Source: Macrostomum hystrix (Eukaryota > Animalia > Platyhelminthes). From it: DNA of 64,000 nt. Of this stretch, positions 26,326 through 39,535 are shown one piece after another (positions within the stretch are counted from its first letter, which is position 1; every line of letters starts with the position of its first letter). Where the stretch lies: contig CATNEN010000011.1 of assembly GCA_950097015.1 (NCBI GenBank), forward strand, positions 1,674,001-1,738,000. Direction: 5' to 3'. The position numbers and the translations under genes were made by a program. Under the pieces are notes generated by a model that was not told where the DNA came from, did no database searches, and saw nothing but the letters and a program-made list of their open reading frames with translations.

Positions 26326-27061
26326 TTCAGCTAGTTTGGGATTTCAGCTAGTTTGGGATTTCAGATTAGTTTGGGATTTCAGCTAGTTAGGTATTTCAGA
26401 GTAGTTTGGGATTTCAGATTAGTTTGGGATTTCAGCTAGTTTGGGATTTCAGCTAGTTAGGTATTTCAGATTAGTTTGGGATTTCAGATTAGTTTGGGAT
26501 TTCCGATTAGTTTGGGATTTCCGATTAGCTTGGGATTTCCGATTAGTTTGGGATGTCAGCTAGTTCGGGATTTCAGCTTGCTTGGGATTTCAGCTAGTTT
26601 GGGATTTCAGCTAGTTTGGGATTTCAGCTAGTTTGGGATTTCAGCTAGTTTGGGATTTCAGCTAGTTTGGGATTTCAGCTAGTTTGGGATTTCAGCTAGT
26701 TTGGGATTTCAGCTAGTTTGGGATTTCAGCTAGTTTGGGATTTCAGCTAGTTCGGGATTTCAGCTAGTTTGGGATTTCCGATTAGTTTGGGATTTCCGAT
26801 TAGTTTGGGATTTCAGATTAGTTTGGGATTTCCGATTAGTTTGGGATTTCCGATTAGTTTGGGATTTCAGATTAGTTTGGGATTTCAGATTAGTTTGGGA
26901 TTTCCGATTAGTTTGGGATTTCAGATTAGTTTGGGATTTCAGATTAGTTTGGGATTTCAGCTAGTTTGGGATTTCCGATTAGTTTGGGATTTAAGATTAG
27001 TTTGGGATTTCCGATTAGTTTGGGATTTCCGATTAGTTTGGGATTTCAGCTAGTTTGGGAT
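26326..27061. repeat. 17/18-bp array (GCT|GATT)AGTTTGGGATTTC(A/C), ~42 copies
   Basis: Direct reading. Confidence 0.95.
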
Positions 27062-27429
27062 TTTTGCTTTTCGAAACAGTGTTGAATCTAGCTGTAATCT
27101 GAAATAATGCACCATACTCGTTAGTCATATGATATTTTAGACCTGTGAACTTTAAGTTTAATTAGCACCTGTGGGAGCTACACGTAAGTGGGAGATGACA
27201 ATTTGACCGAGTTGCCAAGTAATGGTTATATCGGTATTTCCAAAGTCCAAAAATTTTTTAGCAAGACTGTCTAAGGCACGCGATGCGTAACCGAGCCGAA
27301 TTATTGCCAACACCCACACCGTAAATCGTACCAAAATTGGGCAGGTGAAAAAAACCACGAGCGACCTTACTAAAAAGTTTTGTTGCTTTAAGTTCTGCTT
27401 TCGAGAATTGATTGCTGAAGAATGTAGAT

Positions 27430-27897
27430 GGGATAGAATCTACCTGAAGAATCGTGGTAGGATAGAATCTACCTGAAGAATCGTGGTAGGGTTGAATCTA
27501 CCTGAAGAATCGTGGTAGGGTTGAATCTACCTGAAGAATCGTGGTAGGATAGAATCTACCTGAAGAATCGTGGTAGGGTAGAATCTACCTGAAGAATCGT
27601 GGTAGGATAGAATCTACCTGAAGAATTGTGGTAGGGTAGAATCTACCCGTAAGAATTGTGTTAGGGTAGAATCTACCTGAAGAATCGTGGTAGGGTAGAA
27701 TCTACCTGAAGAAACGTGGTAGGGTAGAATCTACCTGAAGAATCATGGTAGGGTAGAATCTACCTGAAGAAACGTGGTAGGGTAGAATCTACCTGAAGAA
27801 TCATGGTAGGGTAAAATCTACCTGAAGAATCGTGGTAGGGTAGAATCTGCCTGAAGAATCATGGTAGGGTAGAATCTACCTGAAGAATCATGGTAGG
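27430..27897. repeat. 29-bp array GGTAGGGTAGAATCTACCTGAAGAATCGT, ~16 copies
   Basis: Direct reading; internal near-palindrome GGTAG-AAT-CTACC. Confidence 0.95.
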
Positions 27898-28849
27898 TTG
27901 TATCCACCTGATCAGTCTAAAAATAGAATCAAATAGAAACTCACCAAATGATTACACGGTCTGTTGTTATGAAATCGGACGAAGTGATTTCTCGAAAGAG
28001 GAAATCAGTGGAAAAGCCTGAACGAAAATTGTCTCTAAGGAGTAAAAAGCATTGTCTAGTGTGGCCTGTCACTCTACTGGTGAGCACAGCGTTTTCGAAA
28101 AATTGCAAGGTAGCAACTGTGCGGTCACTGTACCTGACGGCGAATATAAGCTCCGCAGCAGCTGGGAGTAAGGCGCTGGTTGCGTACACTAGAAAACACC
28201 GAGTTGGTATTTCCCTACAATTCCTACCCCCCTTTTTACAAGAAATTGGCCACCAAATTCACTAAGGTGGGCAAGCGGTTGCACCTTTAAAAGGCACCTG
28301 GGGATTGCAAATAGGCCAATATCTAATTACCGGCCTTCAGCTGCCCACTAGAAGGTTGCCTCGCCGACTTCATTCGTCATAAATTCCACAGCCGCTTGTC
28401 TTCTAGGAGAGGTCAAGAAATCTTGTGGATCCTCTGTGCAGTGAACAAACTTTTTTATTTCCTTGCAACTGTCGAATTCAATTTGCTACTGGGGTCGCTC
28501 GACATTAGTTTCCTGCGGTGATCCTTCTAGGAGGGCCCAAGGCTGGAGCTGTTTTATTGCTTGACCTCGGCCTTAAGCTTTTTTTCGAGAGGACATGAGA
28601 TGGAGAGGGAGAACCGGCAACAACAAAATCCACGATGTTAAACAAGGGGAGCTAAGAAAAATTGGAGTACTTAAATTTAGAGAAACAATAGAGATATGCA
28701 AGATGGAGGACTAAAAGAGAAAACAGAGGGAGAAAAAAATGCGGAACGTAGAGGGACAAGGAGATGAGAGATGCAAGACGGTAAGGGAGATAAAAGATAT
28801 AAGAGAGAGATGAGAGACCGTAATAGACAATATATGAGAAATGCGAGAA

Positions 28850-30211
28850 AGTGAGAGATGAGAGACGGAGAGAGATGAGAGACGGAGAGAGATGAGAGAC
28901 GGAGAGAGATGAGAGACGGAGAGAGATAAGAGACGGAGAGAGATGAGAGACGGAGAGAGATGAGAGACGGAGAGAGATAAAAGACGGAGAGAAATGAGAG
29001 ACGGAGACAGATGAGAGACGGAGAGAGATGAGAGACGGAGAGAGATGAGAGATGGAGACAGATGAGAGACGGAGAGAGATGAGAGACGGAGACAGATGAC
29101 AGACGGAATGAGATGAGAGACGGAGATAGATGAGACACGGAGTGAGATGAGACACGGAGAGAGATGAGAGACGGAGAGAGATGAGAGACGGAGAGAGATG
29201 AGAGACGGAGAGAGATAAGAGACGGAGAGAGATAAGAGACGGAGAGAGATGAGAGACGGAGAGAGATGAGAGACGGAGACAGATGAGAGACGGAGAGAGA
29301 TGAGAGACGGAGAGAGATGAGAGACGGAGAGAGATGAGAGACGGAGAGAGATGAGAGACGGAGACAGATGACAGACGGAATGAGATGAGAGACGGAGATA
29401 GATGAGACACGGAGTGAGATGAGACACGGAGAGAGATGAGAGACGGAGAGAGATGAGAGACGGAGAGAGATGAGAGACGGAGAGAGATGAGAGACGGAGA
29501 GAGATGAGAGACGGAGAGAGATGAGAGACGGAGAGAGATGAGAGACGGAGACAGATGAGAGACGGAGACAGATGAGAGACGGAGAGAGATGAGAGACGGA
29601 GAGAGATGAGAGACGGAGAGAGATGAGAGATGGAGACAGATGAGAGACGGAGAGAGATGAGAGACGGAGACAGATGACAGACGGAATGAGATGAGAGACG
29701 GAGATAGATGAGACACGGAGTGAGATGAGACACGGAGAGAGATGAGAGACGGAGAGAGATGAGAGACGGAGAGAGATGAAAGACGGAGAGAGATGAGAGA
29801 CGGAGACAGATGAGAGACGGAGACAGATGAGACACGGAGTGAGATGAGACACGGAGAGAGATGAGAGACGGAGACAGATGAGAGACGGAGACAGATGAGA
29901 GACGGAGACAGATGAGACACGGAGTGAGATGAGAGACGGAGACAGATGAGAGACGGAGACAGATGAGACACGGAGTGAGATGAGACACGGAGAGAGATGA
30001 GAGACGGAGACAGATGAGAGACGGAGACAGATGAGAGACGGAGACAGATGAGACACGGAGAGAGATGAGAGACGGAGAGAGATGAGAGACGGAGAGAGAT
30101 GAGAGACGGAAAGAGATGAGAGACGGAGACAGATGAGAGACGTAGAGAGATGAGAGACGGAGAGAGATGAGACACGGAGTGAAATGAGACACGGAGAGAG
30201 ATGAGAGACGG
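28850..30211. repeat. 17-bp purine-rich array GAGAGATGAGAGACGGA, ~80 copies
   Basis: Direct reading. Confidence 0.96.
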
Positions 30212-30554
30212 GCTAGTCTCAAGGTAATCTACTGTCAGTAGTATCTATATATTTTTATCCTGTATTATTGAACATTTTTTGTATATTTGCCTAACAATTG
30301 ACCTCAATCTCTTATATAAATACGCAGTTGCTGATAATCGAAATAACTCCAAATATGGAATAGCTGATGATATACTATATTTAGACAATCAAATAAAAAT
30401 AACGAATGCAACTAAGTGTCACATTTTAAGACAAATATTTACTCACCACTCAGCAATTAAGAGTACATAAAGATTGCATAGATAATTTATTTTATGTAGC
30501 ATTTTCAAATCCTTACTGGTAAGTGAAGAAAACCTGACGGTATTTCGAAGCTCG

Positions 30555-31072
30555 GAAGGAACCCTGAAGGTAGGATTGATGAAACTCTGAAGGAACCCTG
30601 AGGGGAAGAATGATGGAACTCTGAAGGAACCCTGAAGGTAGGATTGATGAAACTCTGAAGGAACCCTGAAGGTAGGATTGATGAAACTCTGAAGGAACCC
30701 TGAAGGTAGGATTGATGAAACTCTGAAGGAACCCTGAGGGGAAGAATGATGGAACTCTGAAGGAACCCTGAGGGGAAGAATGATGGAACTCTGAAGGAAC
30801 CCTGAGAGGAAGAATGATGGAACTCTGAAGCAACCCTGAGGGGAAGAATGATGGAACTCTGAAGCAACCCTGAGGGGAAGAATGATGGAACTCTGAAGGA
30901 ACCCTGAGGGGAAGAATGATGGAACTCTGAAGCAACCCTGAGGGGAAGAATGATGGAACTCTGAAGCAACCCTGAGGGGAAGAATGATGGAACTCTGAAG
31001 GAACACTGAGGGGAAGAATGATGGAACTCTGAAGCAACCCTGAGGGGAAGAATGATGGAACTCTGAAGCAAC
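30555..31072. repeat. 34-bp array with two unit variants (GAAGGTAGGATTGATGAAACTCTGAAGGAACCCT / GAGGGGAAGAATGATGGAACTCTGAAGCAACCCT), ~15 copies
   Basis: Direct reading. Confidence 0.95.
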
Positions 31073-31243
31073 TAGAAAATTTTGACCCAGAGGGCGAACT
31101 TTCACGAAAATCGGTCATTTGGTTTGGGAGCTGTCGTGAAGTAGGCAGCGGGTATTTGAAATATCCCCGTGGACATTTTTGTCAAAATTGCTTTGAGTGG
31201 TCATGTATTATTTTATCATTGTTATTATTATTTGAATACAAAG

Positions 31244-34200
31244 TCAAACGTAGCTGATGACAGCGTCAGAACCACTGCGACAGCTGCCGCCAATGCTAGC
31301 CGACTGCTGACTCGGAGCGGCCCTACTAAAGGCAGTCTCACTCAGCTGTCTGGTCAGCAACGGCTGAGTTGAGCAGTCAGATGAGATTTGCACTTTCCGC
31401 CGGCCCTGACCTTGGCCCGGCTGCTGCTTGATCGCCACAATCCGCCGAGCCGTAGGGCCGTTGTTGATCGACGCAGCGCTGAGCATCCTCGACGGGAGGC
31501 CGTCGACTGCGGACGCGCTGAATGTCGGTCCCAGAGGTGTCTTCCGCAGCGGCTGCTGCTGCTGAATCTGCGGCAGCTGCTGCAAGTTTATCCCGCCCTC
31601 GGCCACCACAGCGTAGGTTGGCAGCCGCTGGGGGCTGATGGCCTCCAGAGTGTGATGACGGTGAAACGGTTTCGGCGGCTTCGGGCGAACTGGCCGAAGG
31701 CCGCAGAGCTCGGCGCTGCCGCCCTGCTCCTCGATGGCTTCGAGCTCGCGTTCGAGTTCTTCAGCGTACAGTCGCTGCAGATGAGCGATCCTGGCCTGAG
31801 TGAAGTTGAAGGACATTTTCTAGTCATGTCTGTTCTGCCGTCTTTTGAGTTATGTGGTCCTAATTGCTGGAAGCTTGTAATATAGTTAGTTTTCTATAGC
31901 ATCGTTATTTTCTGTAAAATCGTTAGTTTTTGTAAAATCGTTAGTTTTAGTAAAATCGTTAGTTTTTGTAAAATCGTTAGTTTTTGTAAAATCGTTAGTT
32001 TTCAGTAATATCTGTTTACTGTTATGATATCTGTGTACTACGACTTGAAGGTCCAGAGTTCGATTTCCCGGCTCGACTAGAATCATTTCTTGTCCTTTAG
32101 CAAGACACTTAAAATTGTAATTCTATTATGACAGTAGGCCTGGGAGTGACAGCTTATCCAAACAGTTTATTTCTCACCTGTCGCTCCTCTAAGCAGACAG
32201 ACATCCTTGAGCCTCTGGCGTATTCCCTGTAGATGACAGTGTCGCTGGGCTCCTTGCACACCTTCACCTTGTCGATGTTCTTCGGTTTGAGATGTCGCAC
32301 CGACTCGCAGGTGCTGCGCGAAATCTGCAGGTTTCCCAGCTTGTGCAAGAATAACGCGATGGCTGCCGCCCAGCCAATCAGCACCAGCAGAAAGATCAGC
32401 GCGTCGGTCACTGTCCAACGGGGCATGACGTTCAGCTGGTGCCCGCCTGCTCAAATTGGTGCAGATTAAGTTTTGAGTCTAGGGTGTACTTTTCACACTA
32501 ATCGTGCTGAGAAAAGAAAGATAAGAATTAAAAAACTCAGGGGAGAGTTAGTGTCTGAACTACTGAAAATTCAGGTGAGAGGCAGCGCCTGAACTGCTCC
32601 TGAACTGCTGCAGATTCAGGTGAGAGGTAGCGCCTGAACTGCTGAAGATTCAGGTGAGAGGCAGCGCCTGAACTGCTGAAGATTCAGGTGAGAGGCAGCT
32701 CCTGAACTGCTGCAGATTCAGGTGAGAGGTAGCGCCTGAACTGCTGAAGATTCAGGTGAGAGGCAGCGCCTGAACTGCTGAAGATTCAGGTGAGAGGTAG
32801 CGCCTGAACTGCTGAAGATTCAGGTGAGAGGTAGCGCCTGAACTGCTGAAGATTCAGGTGAGAGGTAGCGCCTGAACTGCTGAAGATTCAGGTGAGAGGT
32901 AGCGCCTGAACTGCTGAAGATTCAGGTGAGAGGCAGTGTCTGAACTGCTGAAGATTCAGGTGAGAGGTAGCGCCTGAAATGCTGAAGATTCAGGAGAGAG
33001 GCAGTGTCTGAACTGCTGAAGATTCAGGTGAGAGGCAGCGCCTGAACTGCTGAAGATTCAGGTGAGAGGTAGCGCCTGAACTGCTGAAGATTCAGGTGAG
33101 AGGCTGTTGTCTCAAATGCAGATCATATTTGGTATGAGGTAGCAGCAGATAAGCTAAACGAATTGATGTGCATTAAATCAAAGGAAAACATTAAGAATCA
33201 TTTTATGGCCTCGTAAAAGCATGGGCTATCTTAGCTGACTTCCTGCTCATTGTAGCGGGTTAAATCTGGCAGTAAATATAGCCTTTTATGCCCGATTGCT
33301 CATTAGCTCGTACAAACCCGATCTTGGCATCTCTGCGTGGCTCACTTGCACGCGAATTCTGCTGGAAGGCTTTCCTCTAGAAGCAGTTGCTTGTTGATTC
33401 AGGTTGTAAATCTGATACAGATCTAAAGAGCAGGAGAGAGGGGTCTTTGGAAATGCAAAAAAGAAAATATCTATCTTTTTTATTAACGAGGCAGGGATTA
33501 GGATTTGTACGGAGTATTCGAGCAGTATAGCAGATCTAAAAAATATTGGGAAGTGAATCTTTGAAGGGTTGGGAAGCGATCCATGAAGTATATCCCTGAT
33601 CCCTGAAGTATATCCCTGAAGTAGATCCCTGAAGTAGATCCCTGAAGTATATCCCTGATCCTTGTAGTATATCCCTGATCCCAGTAGTAGATCCCTGATC
33701 CCTTATCCCTGATGTAGATCCCTGATCCCTGATCCCTGAAGAAGATCCCTGATCTCAGTAGTAGATCCCTGATCCTTGAAGTAGATCCCTGATCCTTGAA
33801 GTAGATCCCCGATCCTTGAAGTAGATCCCTGATCCTTGAAGTAGATCCCTGATCCTTGAAGTAGATCCCCGATCCTTGAAGTAGATCCCTAATCCGAGTA
33901 GTAGATCTCTGATCCTTGAAGTAGATCCCCGATCCCAGTAGTAGATCCCTGATCCCTGAAGTAGATCCCTGATCTCAGTAGTAGATCCCTGATCCTTGAA
34001 GTAGATCCCTGATCCTTGAAGTAGATCCCCGATCCTTGAAGTAGATCCCTGATCCTTGAAGTAGATCCCCGATCCTTGAAGTAGATCCCTAATCCGAGTA
34101 GTAGATCTCTGATCCTTGAAGTAGATCCCCGATCCTTGAAGTAGATCCCCGATCCCAGTAGTAGATCCCTGATCCCTGAAGTAGATCCCTGATCTCAGTA

Positions 34201-36360
34201 GTAGATCCCTGATCCTTGAAGTAGATCCCTGATCCTTGAAGTAGATCCCCGATCCTTGAAGTAGATCCCTGATCCTTGAAGTAGATCCCCGATCCTTGAA
34301 GTAGATCCCTAATCCGAGTAGTAGATCTCTGATCCTTGAAGTAGATCCCCGATCCTTGAAGTAGATCCCTGATCCCAGTAGTAGATCCCTAATCCCAGTA
34401 GTAGATCTCTGATCCTTGAAGTAGATCCCTGATCCCTGAAGTAGATCCCTTAACACTGAAGTAGATCCCTAATCCCAGAAGTAGATTAGAAGTCATATCC
34501 CTAAAGTAGATTGGAAAGTATATCCCTGAATGATTTTAGGAAGTTATTCTCTTATGTATTTGTTTGGTAAGTGAAAGTCAGGGAATTTTTTTTAGTTTAG
34601 CCATCAGCTACAGACTGCACAATTCCAGAGACTTAATATTATGTTCTCAGAAAGTGTATGCCTTTTGTGAATCACTTCTTGGACAAAAAACTTCTACACT
34701 TAAAGTAGCGAGACTCGAGCCAGATTCAGAAAGAAAATTTCTGAAAGAAAATAACAGTTTTCGTGCCTTCTAAACTTGGCTGACCTGTTGTACTGTACAC
34801 AATTAAGCGTATTAAGCTGGTGTCACTAGATGCCTTAAGCAGATCGTTCGGGGGGCAATCTCATTAGGAGGTTATTTAGTTCCTTCACTGATCAAAGAGA
34901 GTTGTAGCTGCTTGCTGGCTATTCTACATTTCCATTCCGACCCTAGATAAACATGCTACCTGGAGATATGCACGCAAAGGCACTTTGTTATAATGCATTC
35001 CAAGAACAAGAATTATAGTAGTCTGTATACTTTTGGCATCGAGACTAGCAAAGTGGAAGAATATTTAGGTAAATTGGATTGTACGCATAATTACGAGAAT
35101 AAAACATTTTTGTTCTGCAAATAATATTTTAGGTCTGTTTTAAAACTCGGCTACTTAACTAAATTAGGAAGCCAATCAGTTTAAAATAAGTCTAAAATAA
35201 AACTACCGGAAAATTCCAGAAATGAGATCAGGCGAAAGTTAGGCCATTATGGGAATAAAGTTTTAGCAGTATTATATATTTACTGCTAGTTCTATTGCTA
35301 TTGCATTTAATATGTAGATTTTTATCAAATAGTTTTATATTACCCACAATAGTTAATTTATTTTATAGGCGAAATGAAAACATATATATTTTAAAGTAAA
35401 AAATAATTTAATTTAAATGGTTTAAATAGAAGTTAAAACAAAAAATAACACAAATATCCAGTGCATTTACTTATAATTCTTTCAAAGTAGAACATATCGA
35501 CAATAAAGACTAGCTTTTTAACAAATTTAAGTAATTAATAAAATTATTTACAGTCTAGAATCGGCAGCTAATATCGAAAATTATATATAGTTAGTAAATT
35601 GCAAAAATATAAATAATATGTGTAACTTTAATATTAAAAGTTAAATATTTGTAACTTTTTTATTCTATACTCATTTCTGGAGATTGGTTCTCATGGGCGT
35701 TCATCAAGCACGACAAGCCCCAGCCTTCTCTACGCGACAGTGCCCCCCAAATGAAATGTGGCCTCGCCGCGGAATCGAGCTCACGGACCTTGGCAAATGC
35801 GTTAACCACTCTCCACTCACCTAGGTTGATATATATATGACGTTGAATAAAATGACATAAAGTTTAAACTCAAACTCACTGGAATTCGAACCGGTCGCAG
35901 TGTTGACTGTCGCATTGTCCATAACGAAAACTAAAGTTTGTGCCTCTCGGCAATAAGTTCCAGCGGGTTCTTCTAGTATTGAAAAGTCCACTCGATAACG
36001 CTTGGACCAGGTCAGGCCTTTCAACAGGTGCTGATTAATCTCGCAGGCCAGGTAGACCAGACCGCCTGGACCAGTGACTCGGCTCAGATTCTCAGCGGGC
36101 TCCGGCCCGCCGGTGAACACTCGGAGTTCGAGCTCGCGACAGCCGGTCCTATGTGTGGCTGGGATCACGTCCCAGCGGAGGAGGCAGGTACCGTCGAATT
36201 CGACAGATTCTAGGCGCGGATTGAGCCTGTGCGAGCAGACCCCAGAGACCTCGGCTGCTGTTGATTTCAATTTGTAGTTTAGCGTGGACACAGCAGACAA
36301 AGGCAACGCCGCTGCCGCTGCCGCTGCTGCTATCGCTGCTAAAAGGCGACGATTAAGCAA
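31244..36360 (-). CDS. Single-pass type I membrane protein with FN3-like ectodomain; join(~36360-35880, 32446-32178, 31795-31244), ~433 aa, 5' end unresolved
   Basis: Phase-matched canonical junctions: TCCA|GTGAGT (phase 1) to gagcAG|GC, and CAG|GTGAGA (phase 0) to cactcAG|GCC. Ala-rich signal-like N-terminus; FN3-like segment (LLRWDV...LKGLTWSKRYRVDF); N-glycosylation sequons NLS, NAT, NSS; TM helix ALIFLLVLIGWAAAIALFLH; cytosolic KPKNIDKVKV..DTVIY motif; C-terminal S-Y-V (class I PDZ-ligand pattern). Resemblance to invertebrate FNDC4/5-like proteins is from memory and not verified. Confidence 0.7.
31913..32004. repeat. 18-bp array AAAATCGTTAGTTTTTGT, ~5 copies (intron 2)
   Basis: Direct reading. 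Confidence 0.92.
32040..32125 (+). mobile_element. Truncated SINE-like fragment in intron 2 of the FN3-TM gene
   Basis: B-box-like GAGTTCGATTT followed by TGTCCTTTAGCAAGACACTTAA, resembling the CORE-type CCTTGGGCAAGTCACTTAA motif. Confidence 0.4.
32570..33103. repeat. 34-bp array TTCAGGTGAGAGG(T/C)AGCGCCTGAACTGCTGAAGA, ~15 copies (intron 1)
   Basis: Direct reading. Confidence 0.96.
33580..34530. repeat. 20-bp array GATCCTTGAAGTAGATCCCT, ~46 copies (intron 1)
   Basis: Direct reading. Confidence 0.95.
35670..35822 (-). mobile_element. tRNA-derived SINE-like element in intron 1 of the FN3-TM gene
   Basis: A-box-like TGGAGAGTGGTTAACGC and B-box-like GAGCTCGATTCC; the 3' boundary is approximate. 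Confidence 0.45.
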
Positions 36361-36949
36361 ATGTTACACAACCTGAGCTCACAAGACGATTCTCTTCCCA
36401 GTTGCAGCTTGTGCTCACAATTTTTCTGAGCTAGCAAATGGCACAGGTCTGAAAGTCACAAAATAGAACCGAATACGGACAGAGGATGAGCGAGGCAAGC
36501 GAGAGATGAAGAAATTGTGTGTGGGTAGGAACACTTGAAAAGCAAAACTCAAAGCAATTCAGCCTCGCTTGTGTTTATTCCCTATCGAGAGTGAGAATGT
36601 GTGAGCACACTTATAAAGGCTTAGTATTTTTTCCTCACCCTAATACCCTATAGCATTTGCCACATCTGTCCGAGTCGTGCGTATCCCGTGTCGTGTGTGT
36701 CCGTGTTCCGCCTAACTAAAGCCTGATTGGTCACACACAAACTGTACTGGCACTGATTTTCAAGCGGACCGGTTGTTTGGCTTTTTTATCAATGTTTCAA
36801 TCTTAGAGTTGTAGGTTTGTAAGCACCCGAGTCTTTTTGAACAATTTACATACTTATATACATACTTACATACTTACATACTACATAGGAGCTATTCATA
36901 TAACTATTTTTAATTATCTAAAGAACGATTTTTTTAAATATGAAAAAAG

Positions 36950-39535
36950 CTGCGATTCTAGATGGCTTTCCTGCGATTCTACTTGTGATAATTGGACTCT
37001 TGTTGCGATTCCAGCTGCGATTCTAGCTGTGATTTTGCAGCTATTCTAGCTGCGATTCTAGCTTCGATTCTAGATGTGATTCTGATTCTAGCTGCAATTC
37101 CAGATGGCTTTTCCTGCGATTCTACTTGTGATAATTGGACTCTTGTTGCGATTCCAGCTGCGATTCTAGCTGCGATTCTAGCTGTGATTCTAGCTGCGAT
37201 TCTAGCTGTGATTCTAGCTGCGATTCTAGCTGTGATTCTAGCTGCGATTCTAGCTGCGATTCTAGCTGTGATTCTAGCTGCGATTCTAGCTGCGATTCTA
37301 GCTGTGATTCTAGCTGCGATTCTAGCTGTGATTCTAGCTGTGATTCTAGCTGCGATTCTAGATGTGATTCTAGCTGTGATTCTAGATGTGATTCTAGCTG
37401 CGATTCTAGATGTGATTCTAGCTGTGATTCTAGCTGTGATTCTAGCTGTGATTCTAGCTGTGATTCTAGCTGCGATTCTAGATGTGATTCTAGCTGTGAT
37501 TCTAGATGTGATTCTAGCTGCGATTCTAGATGTGATTCTAGCTGTGATTCTAGCTGTGATTCTAGCTGCGATTCTAGATGTGATTCTAGCTGTGATTCTA
37601 GATGTGATTCTAGCTGCGATTCTAGATGTGATTCTAGCTACGATTCTAGATGTGATTCTAGCTGCGATTCTAGATGTGATTCTAGCTGTGATTCTAGCTG
37701 TGATTCTAGCTGTGATTCTAAATGCGATTCTAGCTGTCATTCTAGCTGCGATTCTAGCTGCGATTCTAGATGTGATTCTAGCTGTGATTCTAGCTGTGAT
37801 TCTAGCTGTGATTCTAGATGTGATTCTAGCTGTGATTCTAGCTGTGATTCTAGCTGTGATTCTAAATGCGATTCTAGCTGTCATTCTAGCTGCGATTCTA
37901 GCTGCGATTCTAGCTGTGATTCTAGCTGCGATTCTAGATGTGATTCTAGCTGTGATTCTAGCTGTGATTCTAGCTGTGATTCTAGATGTGATTCTAGCTG
38001 CGATTCTAGTTGTGATTCTAGCTGCGATTCTAGATGTGATTCTAGCTGCGATTCTAGATGTGATTCTAGATGTGATTCTAGCTGCGATTCTAGCTGCGAT
38101 TCTAGATGTGATTCTAGCTGCGATTCTAGATGTGATTCTAGCTGCGATTCTAGCTGCGATTCTAGATGCGATTCTAGCTGCGATTCTAGATGTGATTCTA
38201 GCTGTGATTCTAGATGTGATTCTAGCTGCGATTCTAGATGTGATTCTAGCTGCGATTCTAGATGTGATTCTAGCTGTGATTCTAGCTGTGATTCTAGCTG
38301 CGATTCTAGATGTGATTCTAGCTGTGATTCTAGCTGTGATTCTAGCTGCGATTCTAGATGTGATTCTAGCTGTGATTCTAGATGTGATTCTAGCTGCGAT
38401 TCTAGATGTGATTCTAGCTGTGATTCTAGCTGTGATTCTAGCTGTGATTCTAGCTGTGATTCTAGCTGCGATTCTAGATGTGATTCTAGCTGTGATTCTA
38501 GATGTGATTCTAGCTGCGATTCTAGATGTGATTCTAGCTGTGATTCTAGCTGTGATTCTAGCTGCGATTCTAGATGTGATTCTAGCTGTGATTCTAGATG
38601 TGATTCTAGCTGCGATTCTAGATGTGATTCTAGCTGCGATTCTAGATGTGATTCTAGCTGCGATTCTAGATGTGATTCTAGCTGCGATTCTAGATGTGAT
38701 TCTAGCTGTGATTCTAGCTGCGATTCTAGCTGCGATTCTAGATGTGATTCTAGCTGTGATTCTAGCTGTGATTCTAGCTGTGATTCTAAATGCGATTCTA
38801 GCTGTCATTCTAGCTGCGATTCTAGCTCCGATTCTAGCTGTGATTCTAGCTGCGATTCTAGATGTGATTCTAGCTGTGATTCTAGCTGTGATTCTAGCTG
38901 TGATTCTAGATGTGATTCTAGCTGTGATTCTAGCTGTGATTCTAGCTGTGATTCTAAATGCGATTCTAGCTGTCATTCTAGCTGCGATTCTAGCTGCGAT
39001 TCTAGCTGTGATTCTAGCTGCGATTCTAGATGTGATTCTAGCTGTGATTCTAGCTGTGATTCTAGCTGTGATTCTAGCTGTGATTCTAAATGCGATTCTA
39101 GCTGCGATTCTAGCTGTGATTCTAGATGTGATTCTAGATGTGATTCTAGCTGCGATTCTAGCTGTGATTCTAGCTGTGATTCTTGCTGCGATTCTAGCTG
39201 TGATTCTAGATGTGATTCTAGCTGCGATTCAAGTTGTGATTCTAGCTGCGATTCTAGAAGTGATTTTGCTCCGATTCTAGCTTTGATTCTAGATGTGATG
39301 TTGCTGTATTCATGCTGCGATTCCAGCTGCGATTCTAGCTGCGATTCTAGCTGTGATTCTAGCTGCGATTCTTGCTGCTATTCTTGCTGCGATTCTAGCT
39401 GCGATTCTTGCTGCTATTCTTGCTGCGATTCTAGCTGCGATTCTTGCGGCTATTCTTGCTGCGATTCTAGCTGCGATTCTAGCTGGGGTCTCTGCTGTGG
39501 TTGTAGCTACGGTTCTAGATGTGATTTTGCTGTAA
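36950..39535. repeat. 12-bp array GATTCTAG(C/A)TG(C/T), ~215 copies
   Basis: Direct reading. Confidence 0.97.

Noticed and set aside
2200-28620. GC-richer patches at ~2.2-2.7, 5.1-5.4, 6.8-7.4, 20.5-20.8 and 28.0-28.6 kb that look like decayed TE coding sequence
   Set aside because: No recognisable RT, integrase or transposase motif in any frame I translated, so I cannot support a call.
28652-30222. Three ~500-aa Ser/Leu-rich ORFs
   Set aside because: Translation of a 17-bp CT-rich repeat.
27430-33103. 29-34 bp hairpin-containing repeats resembling CRISPR direct repeats (27.4, 30.6 and 32.6 kb)
   Set aside because: Units are head-to-tail with no unique spacers, there are no cas genes, and the context is eukaryotic and intronic.
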